Source of the DNA: Schmidtea polychroa
Lineage: Eukaryota
Direction of reading: 5' to 3'
Assembly: GCA_044892525.1 (NCBI GenBank)
Contig: CM097885.1
Coordinates: 35,714,001 to 35,778,000, forward strand
Length of the DNA: 64,000 nucleotides
This document shows, piece after piece, positions 37,145 to 52,990 of the stretch. The position numbers and the translations under genes are program-made. The stretch's first letter is position 1. The number at the start of each line of letters is the position of its first letter. The notes beneath the pieces were generated by a model, which made no database searches, was not told the origin of the DNA, and worked only from the letters and a program-made list of their open reading frames with translations.

Positions 37145-38357
37145 TTAATAAACTATTTCAATAAACTGCGACTGACAGAAAAATGAATTATATAAGTACC
37201 TTAAGTAGATACATGCATTCATAAATTACATATCAAATAACCTTTGACACTCAGACAGTTTTTTTGAGTAATGCAAATACCAACTTCATGTCAAAATGAA
37301 GGATTTCGCATATTTTGATTTTAATTTTTTACCCCCTAATATGTACTATTTTAAGTATTTATAAAGATTTTTAATCTGTCACTAAAGTAATTGAAATATT
37401 TATTTATTTTTGATTTAGGTATATTAATTTCAATGATATGTTTAACGTATCCATAATATGCCAATCCGACAGTAATGTTAATAATTATTATAGATTTTTA
37501 AATTAATTATTTTTCTTTAAATATTTTAATTATTGATTAAATTCTATAATTACAAAATAATTTTTCCCCGCCAGTTATTAATTAAAACAAAAATCTACAA
37601 AAAAATATGTTGCTTTTATTTTAATGTAAATTATCTTTTGATAATTTCTTAAGTTTGATAAAATTAATTTTTTCTGCTACGAAAAAAAAAATAATTACAT
37701 TTAATTTCAGTGAAATTTTATCGATAAACAACAATAATTTAATTTCAAACAAAAAATTTAAGATTTTTAGTTGTTTTAATTAAGTATAAAATATTTTCTA
37801 CTTATTCCTGTTTTAAATTATTAATTCGACTCGTCTCGGGGTTTTGTTCATTGTGTTGCAATATTAACAAATCTGTCAATTACAGAAGACATCTTTTCTG
37901 ACAACTTCTCTTTTTTCGGAACCTTTTTAAATGAATTTGTGTCATATTATATTACCATTTCTGTTATAATTTCAGATATCTGATCCTTTTATTCATTTAC
38001 ATTTATGAAGAAAAACAATTTATTTTAATAAATAGAAATGATATTTTAATAATTTTGTTTGTTCCGATTTTATCTCTGTTTAATAAATGTGATTTTATTG
38101 TTAATTTTATACCACAGTTCTGTTTTGGAATGAGAAATGGCCTGTGCCAATGCTACTTGCCATTTATTATTTCAAAACTGTTAAAATTAAAAACAATAAT
38201 TGTTGTAATTCGTGAAATTTAATAAAATAATTAAATTAACACTAAAAATTTGAAATGTATTTTCAATCAAATAAACAAAATTAAGATTTAACATTGTACT
38301 AATAGCAAAATTAATATTTAAAATTTTAAAATTTTAATTATATAAAATTTTAATTAT

Positions 38358-38575
38358 CACGTTTCCTGCCAACCAGGATTATTTGGTTTAGTTTCTATTG
38401 TCATTTCTGTCTGTCGTTATTATAAAGTTCTAAATAAAATTTGAATTTTTCTAATAAACATTGCTTGTTGTATTATTTCCGCCCCCCCCCGATTATAAGC
38501 ATCTAGTCAAACCTGCTTGTCTGTGTGAAAACTTTTAAAATATCACAAGTAATCTTGTGGTTGGCAACAAATGTG
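38358..38575. mobile_element. piggyBac-like MITE
   Basis: TTAT-CACGTTTCCTGCCAACCA...TGGTTGGCAACAAATGTG-TTAA. Confidence 0.6.
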
Positions 38576-38764
38576 TTAAGAAACAGAAATCCTTTGCAGG
38601 CAATGATTAATTTAGCATTTCTTTGCAATCACTTGTCAATTAAAAACGAATTTTCGTAATAAATATATCTATTCAATTTATAATTTTGAATAACAAAAGT
38701 TAATAATAAAATAAAAACATTTTATAGAAATCATATTGTATTTCAAATTTTATAGTTGCAAAAG

Positions 38765-39150
38765 GTATGATATCGTTTGAAACAATGGCCCAGGCGAAGC
38801 CCAGGCATCCATTCACAAGTGCAACAAAAGTAGCTAGTTTCTTTTCATTTATCAGAAATGTTGTGCTTTCTTTACACATTAAGTAACCTTTTGTCTTCCT
38901 AATATTTAATTGAAAATGAAATAATGTATTTCATTGTATCTTTGCGTTTTATCCTTACTTGATGGCCAACTGGAGTTTAGCACTGGTTTCCGAAACCCTC
39001 AAATTAGTTCCAGTAGCATATTTTGTCGAAATTTCTGATTCACATTTTTATCTAAATATAACGATTTTTATTGAGTCCATAACACAAAAATGGAAATTTC
39101 CCCGATCATCTGCGCGATACCCACCCCCAAAATCTTTTTTCATACCCCTT
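38765..39150 (-). pseudogene. piggyBac transposase C-terminal remnant
   Basis: KETSYFCCTCEWMPGLRLGHCFKRYHT, resembling the Cys-rich domain. Confidence 0.6.
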
Positions 39151-39167
39151 ATGGTAACTCCGCATGC

Positions 39168-40403
39168 GACCCATTCAATAATTTTGTGCGGCCCGTTTTG
39201 TATAATTATTTATTGTAATGAAATATCAAATATAAATTTTTATTGTAGTAAAATATCACATGTGCGTTCAAAATTTTTTTAATGTGTATTTATTTATTTT
39301 TTTATACAAAAAAACGGTTACTTTTAAGATTTTTTTAAGTTTTAACACAAAAGAATTTATGTGCGCAAGTATTTGATATGAACCATGTGATGTCAGTCGT
39401 TATTAAAACAGTTAACGCAATAAAAAATAATTCCTTGAAACATTGTCAGTTTCAAGATTACCTTCAAGAACTAGAATCTGAGTACAGTGATTTGCTTTTT
39501 TATGCGAAAATTCGCTGGTTACGTCGTGGGAAATGTTTAGAAAGATTTTGGAATTTGAGAGCAGAGATTGGAATTTTTATGAATGAAAATGACCAAAATG
39601 TTCCTGAATTATATGATGTTTCCTTACAGATATTACTATGAAATTAAACGAACTGAATAGGCAGCTTCAAGGTGAAAACAAGTTGATCACAGACTGTTAT
39701 GGAAATATAAAAGCATTCATAACAAAACTGAAACTTTATGAAAGTCAATTAAAATCAAAAAGAAATCTGTCCACTTTACATTATTACATATATTTAATTG
39801 TGACAAAAAAGATTTTTCTAAATATGCACAAGAAATTACCAATTTACTACAAGAATTTCAGGAGAGATTTTCATATTTAAAGAAATATGAGAATATATTT
39901 AATATTTTCCTATGTCCATTTGACATTGTTGTGGAATCAGCTCCAACAAATTTGCAAATGGAGTTAATAGATCTCCAGTCATCTTCTGAATTAAAATATA
40001 TGTTTGAAGCCAATGATAAAGTTCAGTTTTATAAAAAAATACATATGCAATGATAAATTTCCTAATCTAAGAAAACTAGCGATAAGCGTTACAGCTGCAA
40101 TGGGGACCACGTATCTTTGCGAATCTTTTTTTTCAAAATTAAAGATTGTTAAATGTAAAAGTCGTAATAGATTAACTGATGAAAATTTAAAAAACCAATT
40201 ACGATGTGCAACTTCGAAAATACCTGTGAACATAAAAAAATTATCTGAAAACATTGAAAAACAAGTTTCACATTAAGTAATATGTATGTATATGTAAAAC
40301 ATAATTTAGTTTGTATAATTTTTTTATAATAAATAAATACGGCCCACATTATATTTTTAATTTTTATTTTGGCCCAGTAACCAATTTCGTTTGGACACCA
40401 CTG
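39168..40403 (+). mobile_element. hAT (SPIN/GTF2IRD2-like) element, 5' TIR lost, frameshifted transposase
   Basis: MNHVMSVVIKTVNAIK, IRWLRRGKCLERF, LNELNRQLQG, TYLCESFFS; right terminus TTGGACACCACTG, then TTCTAGAC. Confidence 0.9.
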
Positions 40404-42439
40404 TTCTAGACGAATTTCAAAGATTTATAGCTCATTCGATTCGTTACGATTTCCTCTACAAATTGCTAATATTGAATTACAATACAATAATTGCTAAAAA
40501 TCTTTATTTCTCATCAAACTTGTTGATTGATTTCATTCGATTCACATTAATATTCTCTATAAATTAATAATATCAATTTACAATAAATATTTGTTTAAAT
40601 TTCTATTTTTAAATTTTTAAACTTAAAAATTATAAAATATGCAAACTGACAATAATGATTTGTTAATACATGCTAAACTCTATATGTTCATGTCTAAAAT
40701 AATAACATCTTTAATATTTGTGTAAACATGATTAAGTGTACTTCATTTATATGTTGATGCCAATGTCTATTCTTTCAAGAAATTGTGGCAACGGAATCGA
40801 AAGTGCATTAAAACTAGCACTAAAACGAACTGCTAAGTTCTCTGGTAAACTGTTTCTGAAGAACGAATTCGTCAGTCTGTTCGGTTCTTTTTAAGAAATT
40901 TACATGAGCGTTCTGAATTTATCTGATTTAACTTCGATATTTTCAGAGGATTTCTATCAAATCTTTGTAAACCTAGATGTTGCCATTCACGGTGTTTTGC
41001 AAAATATTTTTTTCCAATGTTGAAAGTACTACTTTCAAAGTGATCATTTGGCCTAGATATTTTTCTAACTAATCTAATGTAGAATATGCGTTTCAAGTAC
41101 TGGAGCATCCACTTCCCCAATACATCTTTGTTGCATATCTATTCTTTTGATAGATCCTCGAACCTTTGCGTTGTCGTCTCCATTTCAGTCGCCTAGAAGG
41201 TTAATCAGTTTAGGTCCCCGTGATAGCTTGAAATTTTGCACAGTAAAATTCTGAATTTACTCTACTGATTATATCTTTTTTATTTTTCCATTACAAAAAA
41301 CAACAAAATGAACTAATTATTACTCCTCACGAAACAGCTCGACCAAGGCTGTTAATATTTTGTGGATCGCTAGTTTCTATTTTGAAAATAAAAGGATCAT
41401 ATTGGAATATCTTTTTATTTCATTAGCTATATGGATAAATATATATATATATATATATATATATTTATTTATTTATAATACTTTATATGAAAAAAATCTT
41501 CTTGTTATTTTTTTCTAATAAATTCAAATTTTCAGATTTTCTTTGATTTGGCCCTATATAGCCCTATTTTTATTAATTTTAATGATATTTTATGATTTTC
41601 ATGTTAAATCAAAAATAACGTGTAAAAAAATTTAAAATTTCTTCTTGACCGTGTTATTTCAAAATCGTGTAAAAAAGATTTTACTGTATTTTTAAATTCA
41701 AAGTGTTTTCCACAAAAATTCAATTTAGGAAAACTTCATTTTTTATGGCAAAATTGCACCTTTGGGGGAATAAAATATTTTGAGCCCGTCGCCCTCAAAG
41801 GGTTAAATTATATTATCATATTGTCGTAAAAAGAAAAGATTTTTGAAAATTGGATTTAAAATAACACATAAATGTGGATCTTTCGAATTTGTAGTCCCAG
41901 ACTCCGAACCAACAAAAAGAACATATGTAGAGGATATTTTCCAGTATGAAATAAAAAAAATACGTTAACAAATATGATAAGAAAAACATAATAAATCTCA
42001 TGAAGAAATAGATTATTTTCTAAGTAAAGTAATATGACAAAAAAAGTTTCAGGGAAAACATTTCTCTACAACTCCATTGAATTTTTACAATAGTGATCCA
42101 TTATAAATATTTTTTGTTTTAAAAATAAAAGTTTTGGGGGAATTTCAAAATGAAACATTTATCCCATACTATTAAATTGATTAAATTTTTTATTATTGTC
42201 ATTTGTGGAAAATTGCAAAAAAAGAAATTTTCCCTTTCTCCATCTGTCATTTGCGTGGTAATTTCTTCATGATAACAATAAATCAAACTATCAATCACGC
42301 TAATGCAATTGAATTAAAATATTTCTTCGAGCCTGTTTTGATGGGATTTATGAGTGTTAGGAATTTGGGAATAAATAATTTAATTCAGCATTTTATAAAT
42401 TTGAATGGGGATACTCTTTCTTGGAGGTTTAAGGTGCCT

Positions 42440-42740
42440 TAGTAATATGGTAACACCCAATTATTTTCTGACGGATCTCAGTGACAGCAAGTAAGAATAG
42501 ACAATGCTTATAACTCAAAACTAGTGAGAAAGAAATGGAAGCTTTAAAGGAAATGAAGACTGAGCAATCTCTATTATTTGTACGACACGCTTCAATGTAC
42601 ACGAGTACTTCTTCCGTATCAAAGATCGAAAATTATTGGCTAGAACTGTTAAAACATTCTCATAAACTCTTATTCTCATTCGTTCTAGATTTTTACCAGT
42701 TTAACTACTTGCAAAATAGCTTGGTAAATTTCCAATAAGC
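42440..42740 (+). pseudogene. Highly decayed mariner remnant
   Basis: LLFVRHASMYTS...WLELLKH...DFYQFNYLQNSL aligns by eye with the mariner HDNARPH..HPPYSPDLAPSDYHLF region. Confidence 0.45.
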
Positions 42741-43039
42741 GTTCGTAGAATTTTTAAATTTTAATAATTATTGAAAACATGCGATATGATGTGAAATGTC
42801 CTTGATAAGGTCATTGGATCCGAAAAGGAATGAGCAAAATGCTGTAAACACTTCTGTATTGGGTATTAAATTGAGGCTATGTGGATTGTTGTTGTTTTTA
42901 ATAATGAAATTGGTAAGTTTTTTTATTTATACGTGGTGCGTTATGTATGTCTTTGGACTCGGCAATAAAAAAGCTCAAATCAAGTTTAATTTTTGATTAG
43001 ATTTACATACTCCAACAATAACTAATTTCTCAATACTTA

Positions 43040-44013
43040 AGCCATTTTCCTCCACGCATCTCTACCATCGACGAAGAAGTAGCACAAATGCATTTTCGAA
43101 GAAATTTCGAGCAAGCGAAGTCAAGATATTTTCCACTTTCTTTAGTTCTTCTGCGGATTGGAAATGGTGGCCCTTCAGATGTTTTTTGAGATGATGCAAT
43201 AGCAAAGAATCACTGAAAGCAGGATATATTGAGGTTGCGCCAGAAGATGGAAGCCACACTCTTTTTTATAGATGTTTGAAGTATGAATTGGAGCGTTGTT
43301 ATGCAACAACCAGAGAGGCAGACCTAGAGATTTTTGCCTACGCTTCCGCACATCACGCATGAGTTCACTGTAATATTGGGAGTTCGTCGTGGCTTTACGA
43401 TCCAGAAATTCTATTTTAATGATGCCGCGAATGTCTCAGAACACAGTCATGAGATGTTCTGCTGCAGCGTTTGTTTGGAGCTGAGACACTTGGCATTCGC
43501 CACTCTGCAGAGTCTCTTGTTCATAGGGGACATAAAGGCAAATGAAAGTATCGTCTTCGGTCACAATATTTTCAAGAAAAGTATCGCAATATTTGTCGTA
43601 GAGTTTCAGGTTGGATTCGTAGCAACCCAGGTGATGAGCAGTCAATTCACCACTAATGAATCTGGGAACAAAGCGCGAGCAGAGTTTCTCAATAACGAAA
43701 TCCTTTAGGATGAAATTACTGATGTAGAGACGTTTCGCCAGTTCACTGATGCTGAATATACTTTCAGAGATACCAATTTTCTGACACAAATATATTGTTT
43801 CTCATCAGAAAATTCAGTCGGTTTTCATTCTCTATCCTCGTCGAAAACTGACTACCGGCCTCGTCTAAACTCTACAATCCAAATGTAAATCGTTGAACAC
43901 GCTAGACAAATCTCTTGTTAGACCGACTGTAGCTGTTAAATAGTATCTATATTTTCAGTGCCTTTCAGGACAAGGAATTTGATGACACTTCGATTTTCCA
44001 CACTTGACGACAT
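43040..44013 (-). pseudogene. Degenerate mariner transposase
   Basis: MSSSVENRSVIKFL, KLCSRFVPR, FLENIVTEDDTF, LLHNNAPIH, LKKHLKGHHFQS. Confidence 0.85.
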
Positions 44014-44450
44014 AATTTAGACGAAAATGACAAAACTGCCTCGCTCTTTCATCTAAAAACATCACAAACACAGCAACGGTAAATATGGAGCCACTAATGA
44101 GACCGCTATTTATTTTGTGTGTAAATTGAAAATTATTTTCTAAAAATATTGTTTAATACGAAAAATTAATTGATTATTTAAATTTAAATTAAATTTATTT
44201 TTAAATAATAATAAGAATTTCATTTTCTAGTTTAAATCTATTATGTCTAGTTTTTTATACTACCTGACGGTTGACGGTATGACGATTGAATTATATCGTA
44301 AAGCGCATGTTTGAGTGGTGCTTTAAATAATAAAATCATTGTATTTATTCAATAAAATATCAAACAGCAGACTCAGTCAACCAAAATGTTAACAGATAAA
44401 TTTCAGATGTACAACAGGTTTCGTCCACGTTGGTAAACCGATAAACCTTT

Positions 44451-45599
44451 GGCGATGGTCTAGAATAAGGATATGAAAAAAATAATAATAATCAATTAAA
44501 AATTAAATAATTAATATAATATTTAAAATAATATCGAATCATAAATTTATTCATAAATAGCAGAAACGGCCATCCAATACATGTTTAATAAATGCTCTTC
44601 ATTGTTTTTCTGCCGATTAACCCACATCTTGAAGTCAATAAATGACATTTTAGATTCAAAGGAACAGCCTCTTCTTCCCCGCAGATCCATTTTTAGATTG
44701 CCCCAGTGTCCCTCCATTGTATTCGTGTGGCATCCGGTTTCTTTGTTGACATATTCAACTTCGTGGTTTACTGCGAGATGTTTATAATCACAGGAAGGAA
44801 GCATACTTAAGTTAAAAGTTGGAGTGTAATACCCGGGCCACATATCAGAGTAAATTGTTGTTCCTGGTTTTATATACTTTTTAATATGTCCAATTAAAGT
44901 TTCTCTTGTTTTATCTTCTAAAATAACTGCAAACCATTTATTTGTTATTCGTTCAATGCCACCGAACATCCAAACTTCCGGATATCGTTTTCCTTTGTTG
45001 TACTTTGCTTTTTTTGAAATGAGTGTTTCGTCTATTTCGACGATACAATTCGGACCTCCAATTTTGAACTCATCTTCACTTAAATTCAACAAAGAAGTCG
45101 AGCAAATTTCGGACAAGAAATTGTTCCAATCTGCCATTGTTTGATTTAATAACTTTAACATTATCTGAACCTTTTTTGTTGGTATGGCCATGACCCAAAA
45201 ATACGTTAAATAGATTAACTTTTCGAGAGAAATTTTGGATTTCTCAAAAAAGCTCTTTTTTCTAACCGAAAATGATGAACAAGCTTTCGGGCATTTAAAA
45301 ATATAACCATCTTTTAAGGTATTTTTTTTTACTAATGACATCTGCTTGCCACAGGTACAATTAAATCCACTTTTTAAAACATTTTTAGATTGTAAATACT
45401 CGATTGTTTTCATTCTTTCTTTTGTAATTTCGATTATTTCGAAGAGATTTGGAAGTTTTTTCATTTTAAGGAATCAAAATTTATTATTTTAAATATTTTA
45501 TTAATTATTTAATTTTTAATTGATTATTATTATTTTTTTCATAATCCTTATTAATTGATTATTATTATTTTTTTCATATCCTTATTCTAGACCATCGCC
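44451..45599 (-). mobile_element. Merlin (IS1595/ISXO2-like) DNA transposon, complete
   Basis: TIRs GGCGATGGTCTAGAATAAGGATATG...; 8-bp TSD AAACCTTT at 44443-44450 and 45600-45607. Confidence 0.95.
44547..45464 (-). CDS. Merlin/IS1595 transposase, 305 aa, uninterrupted
   Basis: N-terminal CxC..CxxxC Zn ribbon; VEIDET, WMFGGIER, IYSDMW, VNH, HTNTMEGHW. Confidence 0.93.
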   Translation of the reverse strand: MKKLPNLFEIIEITKERMKTIEYLQSKNVLKSGFNCTCGKQMSLVKKNTLKDGYIFKCPKACSSFSVRKKSFFEKSKISLEKLIYLTYFWVMAIPTKKVQIMLKLLNQTMADWNNFLSEICSTSLLNLSEDEFKIGGPNCIVEIDETLISKKAKYNKGKRYPEVWMFGGIERITNKWFAVILEDKTRETLIGHIKKYIKPGTTIYSDMWPGYYTPTFNLSMLPSCDYKHLAVNHEVEYVNKETGCHTNTMEGHWGNLKMDLRGRRGCSFESKMSFIDFKMWVNRQKNNEEHLLNMYWMAVSAIYE

Positions 45600-48485
45600 A
45601 AACCTTTTATGTGATTTTTAAGAATTATCATATATTGGCAATATTTAACCGCAATAAGTTACAAAATTATTCGAGAGATTTATGTGGTTTGGTTGCTCTA
45701 GATGGCATCTCATCAATTGGAATCTTCGTTAAAAACTTGGAACTGTATCTTCCAGAAGAAATATTAAAAGGCCACCAGTAATCAGAGTCCACAAGTTTTG
45801 CAGCTATAAATTTAAAGAAAAGTAAGTACTAAGTTTGATATGGATGTGAAAATTAAACGAACACTTATAAGAAATTGTGATGTTTTTGAAAAATATACTA
45901 AAGTGCCATTTGAAGGGTAATGTCACGGGATTGGATAAAAGTATCAACATCATCTGAAGAATAGGGTTACTGAATATGCAATACAGCCTGATATACGAAA
46001 AAATTATGAAGGAAAAGGTTACAGAAATCATTGAAAAATATATAAAACTTTACTCCTGAATAGAAACATAAATATTTATTCAATAAATAACAATAGAAGT
46101 CCATAGGGAAAAGAAATAATTTCACGACTCATTCTCCAATAATTATTTAAAAGGAAAATTGAAAATTTTCAATGGCGGAAACGTGAAGCTTCAATAACCT
46201 GTGACTTGTTTGTTGAGCAGATGCTAGTTGTCTGTTTTAGATTCTCGTTATGGTAATTGAAACTCTGAGTTGAGAGCATAGTTACAAAAATTCCCTTTAT
46301 GACATTTTTTAGACGACAAAAGATCAAAAATTCCCCCCTCCCCATTTAACTCAGTCTGATTATTTGTCTGATAGAATTAAAACTGATTTTTCTCCTATAC
46401 TCTGGCTCCTATGGTTGAGGCTGGGTTATTTAGTGCAGTCAAACGATAAATAAATTGAAAATGTAAATTCGTTTTGTGTTTTTTGAGTTGAAAAGATTTT
46501 TCATCTCTAATTATAAATCTATTGCTTTCTTTTACAACATAATAAGGTACTTGATTTTCAATGAAATTTTCCCTATTCCTATTTTCCTATTAATGATAGT
46601 AAGTGTTTTGACAGATTATTTGAAATTGTATTTTTCTCTCAATGGTCCCTTTGATTTTCAAAAAATAACATATGCAGTCTTGCTCCATCATAATGATCAA
46701 TTTATCTCGATGATCTCATCAATTCACATTGAAAAGTGCTTCAAAAATACCGAATAAATGCTCTGTTGAGTCTAGAATGTGGAAAGACAATATATACGTC
46801 ATTTTTTCTTATTTTGTTTAAATGAAGTGGAAATTTCTTAAAATACTAAGTGGTTCTCATATAAAATTTTTTTGGTGTTTACTTTAAGATTTTAATTTTT
46901 TAAATATTAATGTAACAAATTTTAGAAATTAATATATTTTAAAAGTATCCTCATTTAAATTATTTTTTAAATTTAATTTAGCAGATTTCAAAGTAATTTA
47001 GAATTTTTGTTAATATTTTCAATAATGATTATTTTAAATTTAAATGATGTTAATACATTTTCATTAAGAATATACCAGAATGTTTTTTTGTTTCGAAATA
47101 TGAATCCTTGAACAATGTTGGCGTGGTAGGGTACATAGCTACTGGAAAATGACAGATAGGCCTCATAAAGATTATTGTATTGTTTTTATTATTTTTATGT
47201 AGTTTCTTAGCAGGATAAAGCAATTCTTGATGTAATTTATAAAGTCATACTTTTATATTCGTATTTGTGTATCCTTACTAAAGCTATATTCCTTTATTAT
47301 TCTGCGAAATGATTAATAAAGTGTACATGTTTATGAGACCCATTTTAATCAATGCGCGTTAAGCAAGGCTGGATTAAAGGTCATATTATCCTAGAAAAAT
47401 TGATGGTGAATTTGTGATACGCTTGTTAAATGTGTTGGGTTTTTATTTAACAAATCGATTAGTTTCTGACTTCTCTTGTAATTTTCCAATCAAATAACTG
47501 AAACCAAACGCAAGACAACTTTATTCGAAATTTATCACAATTACAATTAGTCGTTCGATTTGCGCCTTTCGAGCATAGGCAATCGTTATCGTATGGTAGC
47601 TTGCCCAAGGGGTAATCACATTTTCTGGTACGATAAGTTATAATTTTCTCTAGCTTTACTTGAATTATCTTCTCTTTGGGTTTCTTTGATTTAGTAAACT
47701 CTGTCTAATTTTGTTTCATCGACTAACTGGCAACTCGTCTATTTTTAACTTTTACTTTTATACTTTTCTGAAAGTCATTATCCGATATTGGATCAACATT
47801 ATTTTAATTCCTCTGTGGTTTATCGACATTTACCCAATAATTATCTGTATTTACCCAAATTAGGTAACCGTTATTTTAATACTTAGAGGACATATTTAAA
47901 TCAATCTGTAATAAAGGACGCCGCATTAGTTGATGTCGACCTATAAATGCGACTTATGAAATTAATAATTTAATAAAAAGGTAAAAATCTTTTTTTGCAT
48001 TCTCATAAAAAATATAACCTCTGTCTGAAACAAATAAAAAAGAACCGGTTTCGTACAATGATAATTTTACAAATATCACAATAAAAATCATCATCAAATC
48101 AAATGTCAATTGATGCAAGATCGAGGCCACAGATTTCTCACCTATGGTTTAAGAGAAAAATATTAATTTTTTAGATAGGTAAAACAATACCTGGCACTTA
48201 AATTATTTTTAATGTTTAAAAGTTAATAAATATTGATTTTTTTTAATAAATTAATATATCAAATATATATAATTCTGTTTTTGATAGGACTCAGCTCTTA
48301 ATGAGTTGAGACTTTTTGTGAACAATCTATATATTTAAAAAGCCAAAGGTTCTCTGAGGTTTGAAGTTCTAGTCTTTATATTCTAAGGTATAATCCGAAC
48401 CTAGCGTTTAGTTATCAAAAGAATTAAAAAATAATGAGATATTCATCAAACAATATCTTTATAATGCCAAAAGTTTATTAGTTAA

Positions 48486-48513
48486 CTAGCCGTATTCCCG
48501 TGCTTTGCTACGG
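48486..48513 (-). mobile_element. Helitron-like 3' terminus
   Basis: Minus strand reads CCGTAGCAAAGCACGGG (hairpin), then CTAG|T. Confidence 0.5.
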
Positions 48514-48991
48514 TTATTGTTTTCTAATTAATTATATATATATATATATAGCAAATGCTAATTAGTGTGTAAAATATACAAAATTCTGAGATATTCATAC
48601 AATATTTGTAAAATTGATATTAAAATTAAAATATTTCAAACTTGTTTTCTACAACTTGAATATTTTCTCTCTATTCCAAATGAATTGGAAATAATAGAAT
48701 TCATCAGCCTGATCCAAACAAACATGACTTGAGGTAAATCTCTTTCTTCAGCAACTGATCTGTAAAAAATGCTTCATTGGCCATTCTCATTTGAGAAAAA
48801 ATCACTGATGGAGTAAATTTAATAAATATTTCAAATAATTTGTTTTTTACGCATAAATTTTACAATCAGAAAATTAGAATGTATAATGAACATTATATTT
48901 CTGATATAATTACTCTCGAATAAGATTTCCTATCGACAATTATATAATAATTATCCTGATAATGATATTTCGAAATATGATGCTAGATATT

Positions 48992-51016
<2,025 letters not shown>

Positions 51017-52924
51017 TATCAAAATTAGACCTATAGTGTCCAACAAAAATGGACCAACAACTAAAACAAGTTGGCTCCTTGCAAAGATCTTGAAACCTTT
51101 ATTGGACACGATACCACACCATCTTCAAAGCAGCGACTGCCTCATGACAAGACTAAATAATAACATGACTTGTCATAGAAAATTCCAATACCCATTTAGT
51201 CTTGATGTCGTATCACTATACACATCTATCGAACCAACAGAGGCTATTCAATGTTTAGAAAAGAAATTAAGAGAAAGCAACTTGTTAATAAAGGAAATGA
51301 ATATCGAGAATATCACCAAACTACTTACTGTTATCCTCGAGAACACCTATTTTACCTTTGAACAAAATATCTATAAACAAGTTAAAGGTCTGCCTATGGG
51401 TTCTAGCATATCAGGACTGCTAGCAATCATCTTTATGGATAACCTCGAACGACAGACACTGAGGACCATACAACCCATCGGTTTCTATGCAAGATATGTA
51501 GATGATATCTTCATCACGACCAAAAAACAGAAAAGAAGCGGAGGAAATATTTCATACATTCAATGCGGCTCATCAAGATATTAAGTTCGAAATCGAATAT
51601 CCGGAAGAAGATGGATCCCTCAATTTATTGGATTTGAGAATCAAAATAGAAGAAAATACTCCAACATACGGGTTCTACAGAAAACCAGCTCGCAAAGAAA
51701 TATTTATGCACCAAAGATCAGCGCTTCCATACTTACAGAAAGTACATGTCATAAGAAACGAGAAACGAAGAATAGCCAATCGATGCACGGAAGAAAACGA
51801 AAACTTTAAAGAGCAATCAAATTTCAATAAAATCCTACACCGAAACGGATACCAAGGTGAGGACATTGAAAAAATGAATTCTACCCCAAGAAGATCTAGG
51901 GAATTAACACAAAAGAATCAGAAATATTTCTATCTGAATATCCCATTCATCAGTGACATACTCGACTTCAAGATCCTGAAAGAACTTAAACGTACCGGTC
52001 TTCCAATTCGGATAGCACATAAATCTTGGACATTGAGAAGGGCTCTGGCAGGCAACATAAATAGAGAAAACAATTGCACAATGAAAAACTGCCAGACACC
52101 GAAAGATATGTGCTTTAGAAAAAACATCGTCTATTGCATCACGTGCAATGTATGCAATGAAATCTACATTGGAAGTACCCTCAGGACATTGCACCAAAGA
52201 GTTAAAGAACATCTAGACCCTGGTGGAACATCCTCGTTGGGCAGACATCTCCGGCAGTGTCAGCCAACAGAGGAAAGAAAAAATATTTCAATAGAAATCA
52301 TAGCTAATGGAAACATCCAAAAGAAAAATGTCAGAATCAAAGAAGCAATTCTCATCATAAACAGACAGCCAAAGATCAACACTAAAGAAGAAATCAATGA
52401 AATCATGAATTTGATCTGTTGTCATTGACCTTGAGAATAACTGACAATATATAAAGAAATTAAAAAAAATAGAATAAATTAAAAAGTAATAATTAGAATA
52501 ATATAGAAAAAATTTTTTAAAAAATAGGGTTTGAAAATCAAAATTGACACATTTATTGAAATATTTAAATAGCATATATAAGTAGTTATTGGAGGCTTTA
52601 TTTAAAATATTTTCAAATATTTTATTAGGCTTCTAGAAGCTAATTATAGAAGCTGTAAAAAATTTAAAAATTTTTAGTTAGTGTCATTTTGAAATTTTAA
52701 ATGTAAAAATTATAAAAAATTTTAAAAGTTTTTAGTAAAACAATTCATTATATTTACAACCAATGAGAATTAAGAGAAAGGAAATAAAAGAAAGATTGAA
52801 GGGTATTTTGAGGAAGAACATTGCTAAATTCCAGGAGATTGACAAGGACTATCGTATAGTCGAAAATTCTTTCATTAAATACATTATTTGCAGCAAAAGG
52901 CTTAAATTATCATTTTATTGTTTT
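51017..52924 (+). mobile_element. Penelope-like element, 5'-truncated (RT + GIY-YIG + 3' region)
   Basis: Starts at KIRPIVS and has the same motifs as the left copy. One extra A at 51522-51527 shifts the frame; stop at 52428. Confidence 0.95.
52835..52873 (+). ncRNA. Candidate minimal type I hammerhead ribozyme
   Basis: GAGA-TTGACAA-G-GACTAT(CGT)ATAGTC-GAAA-AT-TC-TTTC: U3-A8 core variant, 6-bp helix II, palindromic AATT helix III. Lies in the Penelope 3' region. Confidence 0.45.
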
Positions 52925-52925
52925 A

Positions 52926-52988
<63 letters not shown>
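52925..52988 (+). repeat. (AAT)n microsatellite right of the Penelope insertion
   Basis: Read directly from the sequence. Confidence 0.95.

Positions 52989-52989
<1 letters not shown>

Positions 52990-52990
<1 letters not shown>

Noticed and set aside
41185..41806. piggyBac-like ends (..GAAGGTTAA, ..AAAGGGTTAA)
   Set aside because: Both face the same way and no partner TIR was found.
47490..47960. Possible solo LTR (minus-strand AATAAA...TTTCA)
   Set aside because: No matching second terminus or TSD was found.
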